Below, piece after piece: positions 52,456-64,000 of a stretch of 64,000 nt of DNA (within the stretch, counting starts at the first letter, position 1; every line of letters begins with the position of its first letter). The stretch lies in the NCBI RefSeq assembly GCF_006345805.1, contig NC_043006.1, forward strand, positions 24,180,001-24,244,000, given 5' to 3'. The DNA comes from Octopus sinensis (lineage: Eukaryota). The notes below the pieces were generated by a model. That model was given only the letters and a program-made list of their open reading frames with translations. It was not told where the DNA came from and did no database searches. The translations under genes were made by a program, and so were the position numbers.

Positions 52456-53230
52456 AAAACAAACAACTATATCTTCGATTGTATTTATACCTAAGAAGTG
52501 ATTTATACTTACCTATAAAGTTACGGGCGAAGTTTCGTTTGACGTAGCACACGTTTCCGTCGATTTCCGTAAAAAACTTTTATTTTTTTACATATGGCTT
52601 TGCGGGAATATTTGAAGTAATGAGAGCGAAAGAGACTAAGAGGAAGCGATTTTATGACGAGGGAATTTCTTTTTGAAGTCCCCGTGTGTGTGTTTGATGG
52701 GGTGTGGGAGACAGACAGTATGTTGTGTAAGTGAAGTGCTTCTGTTAGTGTGTGCGAAGAGACAGAGAGAGTAATGTGTGAAAGAGAGAGATAACTGAAA
52801 TTTTTTACTCGGTGTATGTGTATATGTATGTGTGTGTGTGTATGTATCTATGTATGTGTGTGTGTATGTATGTATGTGTGTGTGTGTGTGTAAGTATGTG
52901 TGTGTGTGTATGTATGTATGTATGGCCGATTCAGTGTAATTTTTTACTCGGTGTATGTGTATATGTATGTCTGCATGTATGTGTGTGTGTGTATGTATCT
53001 ATGTATGTTTGTGTGTATGTATGTGTGTGTGTATGTATGTGTGTGTGTATGTATGTGTGTATGTATGTATGTATGTATGTATGTATGGCCGATTCAGTGT
53101 TTACATTTTTTACGGAAATCGACGGAGGATATCGACAATTGACGGAGGAAATCGACGGAAACGTGTGCTACGACAAACGAAACATTGCCAAGTTACGCAT
53201 TAAGTCAACAAAAACAACTATATCTTCTAT
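52456..53230. mobile_element. Unclassified non-autonomous element with subterminal inverted repeats and internal (TG)n
   Basis: 52532-52576 is the reverse complement of 53106-53125 plus 53147-53183. The direct repeat aaacaactatatcttc occurs on both sides. Confidence 0.5.
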
Positions 53231-53462
53231 CTTATTTTGCACTTATACATACATACACATCTATGCATACTTCAACAAAAAAGTATACGATGGACAATGT
53301 AAACTTACATATAATGGAATACATATAGATATACTTAGGCATCCATTCGCATATACACAAGCATACATACATAAATGTGGATGATAAAACCACCGTGTAC
53401 TGTCAATAAATATATAAATAAAAATACATATTCACATACACATATATATGTATATATATATA

Positions 53463-53524
<62 letters not shown>

Positions 53525-53700
53525 TACATTCATGCATATATACATATGACCCCTTACAATCCTCATAAACGGACACATATACATACACAAACAAACATTC
53601 ATACATACACACTAATCCAAACATGTATATTCATACAAACTACATTTCTGCATCAATAAATATATGGATGGCTACAAAATTAACCCTAATAGGTATATCT

Positions 53701-53744
<44 letters not shown>

Positions 53745-53746
<2 letters not shown>

Positions 53747-54767
53747 TTCCTTTTTTTTCTAGTTTCAGCTCAGAGCTGCGGCTATGCTGATGCACCGCCG
53801 TTTTGCTACACTGTTATTACTAAGAACCTCCTCTAATATGTGACACTAGGTGAAGAATAGAGTTTGACATAGCTACCCTCATTTGCACCTCTTGCTGTGA
53901 GGTTGGTTCATCTGGGACTCTCGACAGGAAGAAGTCCAGCTTTTAAAACCCACTCCATCTACTTTGTGCAAGCTCCTCAGACTCTTTGGGAGAATATTAA
54001 AAAGCTATGGGCCCTTGAAACCCAGGCTGTTGCAGTAACTGGTCCTGAAGTGTGATGGCATTGCTGGGATCTTATCCACTATGCAGTGTCGTCCCATTCT
54101 GGCATTGGTGTAGCTTTCAATGCCAAAATTTGGCACAATTCCTTCCAGGATCTTCCAGATATATATTACTGCATACCTCTCCCATCTTCTCTTTGGGGAG
54201 TAGAGTCTTAGCTGTTTCAACCTTTCCCAGTAGCTGAGCTGTTGCAAAGAGACGATCTTCTTTGTGAATCTTCTCTGGATTGCTTCAAAGTCTGCTGTTA
54301 ATTTCACAGTGGTGGGTGACCATAGCTGTGAGCAGTAATCCAGGCGGCTGAGGACAAATGTCCGCCAGAGGACCATCATGGTTTCCTTATCTCTGGTTCT
54401 GAATGTTCTTAAGATCCATCAAGCTAGTCGTCTGCACTTTGTCGCTGTCCTGGTAATGTGCACTTGGAAAGAGGTATCCTCACTCATATCGATACCCAGG
54501 ACCCTCAATGACTTAGGCTCTGGGATTGAAATTCCCTGTGGGCCGGTGAACCCTGTAAGTTTCATATTCAGCTTTGGATGCTGGTAGCACAGGGCTTGGA
54601 ATTTTTCGGCATTAAACTGCATATTATTATCCTCAGCCCATCTGTAAATTGAGTCCAACTTCTGCTGCAGGTATGCAACATCGCTGGGGTTCTGTATTTT
54701 CTGCGTGACTTTCGTATCATCTGCATAGCTTGCCAGAGTGGCTATCCGGGCATATCTGAGAGGGCCA
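53745..54767 (-). mobile_element. CR1-type LINE 3' fragment
   Basis: SYADDTKV, KFQAL, LGIDMS, LSRLDYCSQLWSP, LSYWERLKQLRLYS; 3' end gaaactagaaaaaaaaggaaa then (TA)n. Confidence 0.9.
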
Positions 54768-56287
54768 TTATATATAAAGACAAAAACATGAGCCTTCTGG
54801 CACATAAAAACACATTCACATATATACAAACACATACACAGATGCAAATATTGAAGTACTAAATAGCACAACAAATAATATTTAACCATGTGGAGCATTT
54901 TACATGCATATCAATATTCTAATGTTGGACCTACTATTCCTTATCCTAAAGCTACTTACAGATAAAGAAGAAAAGTTCCTGACTCATTTCACCGTTTACT
55001 TTCAATCTTTGATTGTGATTTGGCTCAACCCACACTTTCTCAGATTTTGTCTGCTGTTATCTACACCTACAAAGATTGCAGCTGTTTTTGTTCCTGCTTT
55101 TAACTATCAGAATTATCCTAGAAGCCCTGGCAGCTATAGAAGATTGTTTTTGTCAACCATCTATCATGTCGTCCAAGCCTGGCTCGAAGGAAAATACTCA
55201 GTTCATCTTGTTTACCTCACTTCCATTTCTTAATATATCATTAACCCTGGATATCTTTACCTAACTGATTAGCTTTTCTCTGCGGGTAGTAAATATTATG
55301 TCTATCAGATTCTTTAATTTAATTCATTAATAACAATTCACCATCTACTAAATCTGAGAAATTTACTCTTCTTGATTACTTCTCTTCCTAAAAATGAATC
55401 ACCTTCTACTAAACCTAAGAAAATTACTCATCTTGATTACTCCTCTTCCACTTTTTCTAATATATATCATTGACCCCTAATACATTCACTTAATTAATAA
55501 GACTTTTGTCCACAGTTATTGAGTATTATGCCTACTCATAATAAATGATAGATTTTTTTCTCCAAAATTAATAAATATTAGATTTATAATTCTCTTTTAA
55601 TCCAACGTATCAAAATAATCAACACCTACTAGCTAAGTATAAAGGTGATGTATATAATTGTAAAGGAATCTATGTATTCTCTATAACTTTTTAGCATATG
55701 ACCCTTTAGCATTGTGACCCTTTAGCATTGACCTAGTTTTCTTGATACAAAATCTGTTTGCCAAATAGCAGTAAACATCATCTAAGGCATTATAATCCCC
55801 TTTCTACTTTAGTTTCTTTCGGAATAACTTCTGACATTTATCTCACCTCTACCTACTTCTATAAATAGAAAATCTCATTTGTCTCCATTTAAACGAATAT
55901 CCTTCCCCACCTTCTAGCAGTTCAAAATAACTTTAAAAATATTCTTCAGTCAGAGGATAAATTCTATTACCTTAATGTTCTTAAAATTCAAATCGACATC
56001 ATCTGTCTATATATCTACCCTCTTTATAATGTTATCAATTAATATGAAAATATGTATATGTATTAATGGAAAACCTCTATAAATGGCTGATGATTGCTCA
56101 ACATTTTAAAACTGTTGTAATACTTACAATGTTTAATAAAATGATGTAGCGTGAAACGATCGTACCAAATTACCGAAGATATTCTTGTTGCTTATTTTGA
56201 GTATATATATATATATAAAAAGTATATATATGTGTGTGTGTGTGTATAGACATATATATATATATATATATACACACATACATACTA

Positions 56288-56535
56288 TATCACAAGGGAG
56301 ATTGTAGAGATGCTTCAAAAGAGACATGTTGATGTATGTTGCATACAACAGGTGGAGAGCAGCTTCAGTCAGAGTCCTCACAGTCAAAGCACATAGGCAT
56401 AAATTTTTCTGGGAAGGTAATAGTGATGGAATAGGGGGTGTGGGCATACTTCTTGCAGAGAAATGGGTGGATAAGGTCATAGAGGTAGTGAGGGTGTGCA
56501 ATAGAGTACTTAAACTCAGGCTAGTCTTGCAGAAT
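56288..56535 (+). mobile_element. RTE endonuclease fragment
   Basis: HKFFWEGNSDGIGGVGILLAEKWVDKVIEVVRVCNRVLKLRLVL. Confidence 0.85.
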
Positions 56536-56619
56536 GTATATATATTTATGTATGTATATATATATGTATATATATCCATATCTATATATATCTATATATC
56601 TATCTATCTAATCTATCTA

Positions 56620-56669
<50 letters not shown>

Positions 56670-56755
56670 CGTCCGTCCGTCCGTCCGTCCGTCCGTCCAT
56701 CCATCCATCCATCCATCCATCCATCTATCTATCTATCTATCTATTTATCCATCTG

Positions 56756-56796
<41 letters not shown>

Positions 56797-56837
56797 ATAT
56801 GTCTGTATGTGTACATATATATACACATATACTGTAG

Positions 56838-57115
56838 CCTCAGGCTGACCAAAACCTTGTAAGTGGATTTTGTACATGGGAACTGAAAGAAGACTGTCGT
56901 ATATATGTATATAATTGTGTGTGTGTCTGTACTCCATCATTGCTTGACAACCAATGTTGCTGTGTTTATGTCCCCGTAACTTAGTGGTTTGGCAAAAGAC
57001 ACCAATAGAATAAGTACTAGGCTTACAAAGAATGAATCCTGGGGTCGATTTGTTTGACTAAAGACGGTTCTTCAGCATGGCCGCAGTCACATGACTGAAA
57101 CATGTAGAACAATAT
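56838..57115 (+). mobile_element. SINE, 5'-truncated
   Basis: Partial head, short microsatellite and 3' half of the same family. Confidence 0.75.
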
Positions 57116-57224
57116 AAAACTAAACTATGACATTTTAATCCTGATCAATGCCGGGTATGTCTACTAGTATATAATATAAAAGTGAAAATAAAAGTTTCTG
57201 TGTGTTTTTAATGGCTTTTTTAAT

Positions 57225-57610
57225 GCAGGTATGGCTGTGTAGTAAAAAGTTTGACTCCCAACCACTTTGTTCAGTCACACAGCATGACATCTTGGGCAAG
57301 TGTCTTCTACTATAGCCTTGGGCCAAGCAAAGTTATCTGAGTGAATTTGGTGGATGGAAACTCAAAGAAGCCTGTTGTGTGTGTGTGTGTTGTTGTTGTT
57401 GTGCCTGTATTTGTTCCCCACTCACCTCACTGTTTGATGACCAGTGTTATGTGTTTATGTCCCCATAAGCTAGCAGTTCAGCAAAAGAGGCCAATAAAAT
57501 AAGTACTGGGTTTTAAAAGTAAATAATTACTGGAGTCCATTCATTCAACTAAATGTTCTTCAAGGTTGTGCTCCAGCATGGCTGCAATCTAATGCCTGAG
57601 ACAAGCAAAA
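57225..57610 (+). mobile_element. Complete tRNA-derived SINE (head, microsatellite, tail)
   Basis: gcaggtatggctgtgt...(tg)n...gtgctccagcatggctgcaatctaatgcctgagacaagcaaaa. Confidence 0.8.
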
Positions 57611-58095
57611 GGTAAAAGCTAAAGTAATAGTTTTAACAGAATACTCACATGATATATATTATTTTACTGTTTAAAGATCTGAAGACAAATTTCTTTTTAT
57701 AGTAAAGATAAAAACCTGAATTTTGGTATATAACATAAAGAAAAAAGTCCAAACTGATTGCTGTGAAATGATTGATTGTATGGGGTAGGTGTAAAAGAGA
57801 AGAGTGAAAATAGTCAGATATATTGGATTCTGTTTGGTGATTGTTGCAAACAAGTGTTACATAGTTGATAGATTGCATTGATGAATGCCATATATGAGTC
57901 TCTAACTATTCATGAAGTTATAGATGGTGAAAACTAAAGAATTCAAAGATGTTGAATCTGTAGTTTATACTCTACAAATAGTTGGCATACATTTTATGCT
58001 AATATTGATATGATAGGTAAGTAAACTATGAGATTGCTATTTTTTAGTTGAATATTTTTTCTTTTGTCACCAGTTCATGTATTTCTCTTTTCCAG

Positions 58096-58199
58096 GGTTC
58101 TTTCCATCAAGTTTTCAAGCATGTCCTGCATTCCTACGCCATAAGATGACTTTAATATCACCACATATTTTAAAGAAATATTCTATTCCTATGAACAAG
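58096..58199 (+). CDS. KDM4: KDM4 coding exon 4
   Basis: ctcttttccag|[36 protein letters not shown]|gtaata; 104 nt; completes the Gly codon from exon 3. Confidence 0.97.
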
Positions 58200-58867
58200 G
58201 TAATATTTGAAGTTTATTTACTATTTATCACTTGATTTGTGCAGGTTTATTACATTTAATCACATTCATATTTATGATGATTCTGAGTTTTATTAGTATT
58301 TTCTCTAAGAAGTTGGGATTAATCAAATTTTAATTTTAGAGTAGATTCAAAGCTGGTTCAAATCCATGGGTTTTACTCAATGAATAGTACAAAACAATAC
58401 ACTATGAATATTGAGTAGTAGTAATATTAGTAGTAGTTTTGTTGTTGTCCTCCTTCACTGGTTACCACCGTGGTAGCTGTGAACACTCAATATTCATATT
58501 CATTGTTCTATTCATTGACGAAAATCCATGGAATTTGAATTCGTTTTGCTGCAGCAGTGAATCCACTATAGAATTTAAATTTGACTAATACCAACATTTT
58601 AGAGAAAATACTAATAAAAATCACAATAAATATGAATGTACTTTTCTTTCTCAGTGTTATAATAAAATCTGTTGAGATTCTGTTCTCAAAATGAGTAAAT
58701 ATTTTGTATCTCAAGAACTTATTTTGCCAATAATAAACACACACTGGTTCTATTTTACTACTTTTATTATTATTTGTCAATTGGTTAATCATTTAATAAA
58801 TTGACTAATAATAATAATAATAATAATAATAAGCATGTGAAATAGAACCACTGATCCTCCTGATATA

Positions 58868-59711
58868 TGTGGTGGTATCAAAAGGGTCTCAGACTAGTTA
58901 TGTTTAATAAAAAATAACTTACCTAAATTTTAGCATCATCTCCTTTGAAATAGTCACCTTACACAGCAATACACTGGTTCCAGCATTCCTGTCACTTTTG
59001 GAATCTGGCCGGGAAGTCGTTTTCTGTAAGGAAGTTGAGGACCTTATGCAGTTCGCTCTGGTTCTTGACAGGAGTGTTAAAACAGCAATCTTTGAGCTGC
59101 ATTTTCATTTTTGGGAAGAGATGGAAATATGCAGGTATGGAAGTGATACCATGTTACTTATGGTGGATAACTCATGAGTGAAGAATCTAAGTCTTTGTGC
59201 TCCATAGATCCAGTCACTTTCGACAAATGACCTCCCCCAAATGCTTCAAAATGTCACACTAGAACTTTCAATTGAGAGTCTGGCCCTGGGGGATGAATTC
59301 TTGATGCATGATACCACATTTCTTGGGGTGAGGCAGGTCTTCCAGATTCTCATCATCCAGGGATGTCCAGCTTTTAAAGTGCCCATGCCACTTGAAACAT
59401 TGTGTACAACCCATTGCCTCATCACTGTAAGCTTTCCAAAGCATGCTCAATGTCTCTGTAGCAGACTTCCCAAATTTAATACAAAAATTTCATGTAGGCT
59501 CTCAGTTCCTGTCCATGACAAAATCACAGACTACAGCATATGCTTGATCACAAAAACACAAATTTCACAACTTGTGAACTAAACACAATAATGTCACTCA
59601 GCATGTTGTGTGCTAAAGGCCATTGCTAGCTCTCCACTGTGCATGCAACAATATGCTGCCATCCGTTGGCATGCTACAGAACTAGTCCAGGAACTTTTTG
59701 ATAGCACCTAG
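58868..59711 (-). mobile_element. Internally deleted mariner-like transposon
   Basis: TIRs ggtggtatcaaaagggtctcagactagt / actagtccaggaactttttgatagcacc with TA flanks; residual AYSDEAMGCTQCFKWH (HTH) and GIMHQEFIPQGQTLN. Confidence 0.8.
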
Positions 59712-60494
59712 TACAACAAAGTCTATTTTGATACATAGGTTCATATCAAGATGTTTGCAAAGCAAATACAAAACAGAGTAAATATTTCTTTCATGAAAAT
59801 TCAAACAGGTGAGTTTTAGCAAAGTAGATGATAATATTTGTCCTACAGAAATAGTAAATTACTAAATCTTTTCGAGATTCGATGTACCATTAATGCGTGA
59901 CCAACTCTATTGATATTATGGAAGGGGAAATGAAAGCTGTGATGCTCAATCTTTCTTGACGGCAGTATTAAAGTAAAGGAAATGTTTTACTAGTTTCAGT
60001 CATTGGTCTGTGGCCATGCTGAAACACCATCTTCTAAAGTATAGTTGGTTACATCTACCCCAGAAAGATGAAAGGCAATGTGAGCTTGGGTGGGACTTAA
60101 ATTGAGAAGGTAAACAAACGTAGCAAACTACCAGTAGGTATTTTGTCTGACACTTTACAAATTTGCCATCCAACCACCATATGATCAAGAATGACACCTA
60201 GGTTGCATATTTGGCTAACACTACGACACTTACCATAGCAAATGATATGCACAGAAAATGTTAATATTCAGTTAGACTATCTTAAAACAGAGTAAATATT
60301 GAGATACATTAGTGAGGAGATGAAACATTTTCAATGAAGCCCTTTGTTGGAACATTTCTGTTTGTAGTACACCACTACATTGGAATACTCCATTTTATTA
60401 AATGCCCAACCCACCATTTCCAGAATCATGTTAGATTTTTGTAGCATAATTGAATTGTGGATGTTTTAGTTTTTAATTGCATACTGTTTCCCAA

Positions 60495-60535
<41 letters not shown>

Positions 60536-60572
60536 CAGTATTGGTTCTAGATTATATCTTATTCTTCTATAC

Positions 60573-60747
60573 CAGTGGTGCCCAACTGGGGTTCGTGGAC
60601 CACCAATGGCCCGCAATGACAGTGTTGGGGGTCTGTGCACTAAATTCAAAATTTCGCGCGTGCGCACACACACACACGCACACAGATAAGCATATTAAAG
60701 GGGATCTGTGGAAAAACTCATTTAAATAAAAGGGGTGGGAACCACTG
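60573..60747. mobile_element. hAT-type MITE
   Basis: TIRs CAGTGGTGCCCAAC / GGTGGGAACCACTG and a perfect 8-bp TSD TTCTATAC (60565-60572, 60748-60755). Confidence 0.88.
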
Positions 60748-60958
60748 TTCTATACATTTATATCTGTATGTTGTGTATGTATGTGTGTTCATTTAGTGTT
60801 CTTGTTCCCATGCTAGCAATGGTGGGACAGGATATGCAGGCAGGCAGGCAGCACACTTGCGTGTGCACACACACACACACGCGCGCGCACAGAGGAGTTT
60901 GTATAAATACAGATTCACTGTATTGTTTACTTATTTGTTATTGGTTATTGTTCTTTAG

Positions 60959-61096
60959 ATTACACAAGAAGCTGGAGAGTTTATGATAACTTTTCCTTAT
61001 GGTTACCATTCTGGTTACAATCATGGATTTAACTGTGCTGAATCAACTAACTTTGCAACCCCAAGGTGGATAGAATATGGAAAACGATGCTTGCAG
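60959..61096 (+). CDS. KDM4: KDM4 coding exon 5 (third Fe-ligand His)
   Basis: ttctttag|[46 protein letters not shown]|gtaaga; 138 nt, phase 0-0. Confidence 0.98.
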
Positions 61097-61849
61097 GTAA
61101 GACTTTATTTTCCTGATGATTTTGAAATATTTGAAAGTAATATCCTACTAGTTATTATAGTTTTTTGTCATTCTTCAACAGAACAAAACTGAGAAGCTTG
61201 GATCTTTTTATTTCAAAAATATGAATGATACCCAAAACCATTTCAAGCAGCTGAAGTCTGGTTACTGCAGAGTGATATTTGTTGGAACCATGTGGATAGG
61301 GAACTAATTCTCGGAAGAAAGGATTGAGAAAATTCATATGTGAAAAATTGGATTGTGTTGATCATTTGCTGTTAAGAAAATTTATAGTTCAGTTGCTATT
61401 AGATGAAAAGTAATGCGAGCTTGGGTGGGATTTAAACTGAGAATGTAAACAAACATAGCAAAATACCAGTAGGTATTTTGTCTGACACTTTACAAATTCA
61501 CCATCCAGCCACTGTATGATCAAGAATGAAACCTAGGTTGCACATTTGGTTAACACTATGACACTTACCATAGCAAAGGAGGTACACAGAAAATGTTAAT
61601 ATTCAGCTAAGCTATCTTAAAACAGAGTAAAGTACATTAAGTACTTTGAAGTACATTAGTGTTCTATGAAGAGACAAATTGTTTAACATTTTCAGTGAAG
61701 CTCTTCATTGGAACATGCCTGAAACATTTGTTTGTAGGACACCACTACATTGGAATTTTGCATTTTATTAAATGCCCAACCTACCATTTCCAGAATCATA
61801 TTAGATTTTTGTAGCATAATTAAATTGTGGATGTTTTAATTCTTAATTG

Positions 61850-62057
61850 GCACCTGTGTCTGGCACCTGTGTCGGTGGCACATAAAATCACCCACTACAC
61901 TCTCGGAGTGGTTGGCGTTAGGAAGGGCATCCAGCTGTAGAAACACTGCCAGATCTGACTGGCCTGGTGTAGCCTTCGGGCTCCCCAGACCCCAGTTGAA
62001 CCGTCCAACCCATGCTAGCATGGAAAGCGGATGTTAAACGATGATGATGATGATGAT
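61850..62057 (+). mobile_element. RTE 3' tail insertion
   Basis: Nearly identical to 44117-44300; ends (gat)n. Confidence 0.9.
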
Positions 62058-62094
62058 ATACCTTTTCCCAATGAAAATTAAAATTAGATTTATA

Positions 62095-62784
62095 TAGACA
62101 CTGGCTGGATGGATCTTAAGAACATTCAGAACCAGAGATAAGGAAACCATGATGGTCCTCTGGCGGACATTCGTCCTCAGTAGCCTGGATTTCTGCTCAC
62201 AGCTATGGTCACCTACCAGTGTGAAATTAACAGCGGACCTTGAAGCAATCCAGAGAAGATTCACAAAGAAGATCGTCTCTTTGCAACAGCTCAGCTACTG
62301 GGAAAGGTTGAAACAGCTAAGACTCTACTCCCTGGAGAGAAGACGGGAGAGGTATGCAGTAATATATATCTGGAAGATCCTGGAAGGAATTGTGCCAAAT
62401 TTTGGCATTGAAAGCTACACCAATGCTAGAACGGGACGACACTGCATAGTGGATAAGATCCCAGCAATGCCATCACGCTTCAGGATCAGCTACTGCAACA
62501 GCCTGGGTTTCAAGGGCCCACAGCTTTTTAATATTCTTCCAAAGAGTCAGAGGAACTTGCACAAAGTAGATGGAGTGGTTTTTAAATCAAAGCTGGACCT
62601 CTTCCTGTTGAGAGTCCCAGATGAACCAACCTCACGGAAGAGGTGCAAATGAGGGTAGCTATATCAAACTCTATGCTTCACCAAGTGCCACATATTAGAG
62701 GAGGCTCTTAGTAATAACAGTGTAGCACAAAACGGCAGTGCATCAGCATGGCCGCAGCTCTGAGCTGAAACTAGAAAAAAAAGG

Positions 62785-62790
<6 letters not shown>
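62095..62790 (+). mobile_element. CR1-type LINE 3' fragment (same family as 53745-54767)
   Basis: 167-aa ORF 62149-62652 with LDFCSQLWSP and LSYWERLKQLRLYSLERRRERY; same 3' terminus. Confidence 0.9.
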
Positions 62791-62827
<37 letters not shown>

Positions 62828-63048
62828 CATACATAAAAAATATATACAGGGTAGAGATATTAGAGAAATTTTTTATCAGCGGCTAGCATGCATAAAATAG
62901 TCAGTAGATAACATATTTTTCATATAAAATTAGTGTACATTCATACACAAGAGAGGTGACCCAAACAGGACACCTTACATGTTTAAAGGAATAGTCAAAG
63001 TCCAAACCATGGTTAAGAATAATTTCAAAGGGAATGAAAAATAAAAAC

Positions 63049-63186
63049 TCCAGGTTCAGTCCCACTGCATGGCACCTTGGGCAAGTGTCTTCTACTATAG
63101 CCTCTGGCTGATCAAAGCCTTGTGAGTGGATTTGGTAGATGGAAACTGAAAGAAGCCTGTCGTGTGTGTGTGTGTGTGTGTGTATT

Positions 63187-63238
<52 letters not shown>

Positions 63239-63443
63239 ATGTTTGTGTGTCTGTGTTTGTTCCCCCCAACATTGCTTGACAACCGATGCTGGTGTGTTTA
63301 TGTCCCTGTAACTTAGCGGTTCGGCAAAAGAGACCGATAGAATAAGTGCTAGGCTTACAAAGAATAAGTCCTGGGGTTGATTTGCTTGACTAAAGGCGGT
63401 GCTCCAGCATGGCCACTGTCAAATGACTGAAACGAGTAAAAGA
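63049..63443 (+). mobile_element. SINE with uninterrupted central microsatellite
   Basis: Partial head, (TG)n/(TA)n, then the 3' half. Confidence 0.8.
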
Positions 63444-63891
63444 GTTACCACTTGTAACCAGGTTTCAAACATTAATGAACAAATAAGATAATTTGTTATC
63501 CATGTTCTTCATCAGCAAGGGCACTAATAATTAACATAATCATGGGACAAATGTACACTAATTTTATATGAAAAATATGTTGTCTGTTGACTATTTTATG
63601 CATGCTAGCCACTGGTAGAAAATTTCTCTAATTTCTCTACCCTATATATATTCTCTTAATATAATTTTAGTAATTTTGAATAAAGTCGGCACATAAATTT
63701 TTATTTGCTACTGACTATAACTGCACTTGTGCAGTGGATTTGAAAAATTATAATGTATAACGATAAGACATGTGCTCTCTATTTGTCCCATAATTATATG
63801 TTAATTATTAGTACCCTTGCTGATGAAGAATACAAATAACAAATTATTTTATTTGTTCATTAATGCTCAAAACCTAGGTACAAGTGGTAAC
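63444..63891. mobile_element. MITE with ~110-bp TIRs
   Basis: gttaccacttgtaaccaggtttcaaacattaatgaac...catgggacaaat is the reverse complement of about 63781-63891; TSD unclear. Confidence 0.8.
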
Positions 63892-64000
63892 TATCGAAAA
63901 TGTTTTTATTTTTCATCCCCTTAGAAATTACTCTTAACCGTGGTTTGGACTTTGACTTCCTTTTAGCTTGTAAGGTATCCTTTTGTGTATGAATGTACAC

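Larger units (their letters stand above)
60066..62080. repeat. Diverged ~440-bp direct duplication flanking KDM4 exon 5 (60066-60503 and 61401-62080)
   Basis: Continuous alignment by eye; copy 2 is interrupted by an RTE tail at 61850-62057. Confidence 0.88.

Noticed and set aside
54950-56130. Possible ancient LINE remnant on the minus strand
   Set aside because: Only faint peptide resemblance amid many stops; cannot be supported without a profile search.
58508-58792. 94-aa minus-strand ORF after exon 4
   Set aside because: AT-rich, no recognisable domain, no splice support.
63819-63835. CTGATGA-A hammerhead-like core
   Set aside because: No stem II or GAAA follows; it is part of a MITE TIR.

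Overview
Repeat-dense animal genomic DNA. The (TA)n/(TG)n load and the SINE/RTE/Penelope families suggest a coleoid cephalopod, probably Octopus (inference). One host gene is visible on the + strand: the first five coding exons of a KDM4/JMJD2 histone demethylase (21579-21710, 26015-26190, 28242-28600, 58096-58199, 60959-61096). They give 303 codons covering JmjN and JmjC, all introns are GT-AG, phases are consistent, and the gene continues past the window. The ~29.5 kb third intron holds two near-intact retroelements. (1) An antisense, ~5.7 kb, apparently full-length RTE LINE (45152-50895) with one homopolymer frameshift, a PHD-type C4HC3 finger inside its ORF and a 7-unit ~165-bp array at its 5' end; it splits a SINE in two. 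(2) A sense Penelope-like element (37251-41075) with RT, GIY-YIG and a terminal hammerhead-like motif. Seven hammerhead-ribozyme-like motifs occur in Penelope-derived repeats; the best two form an inverted pair at 5745-6805. The rest is decayed CR1, RTE and Penelope fragments, SINEs, Helitron-like, mariner/pogo/hAT elements, local duplications and microsatellites. Almost all short ORFs in the supplied track are microsatellite artefacts. Coordinates and family assignments were made by eye, without database searches; repeat boundaries are approximate.
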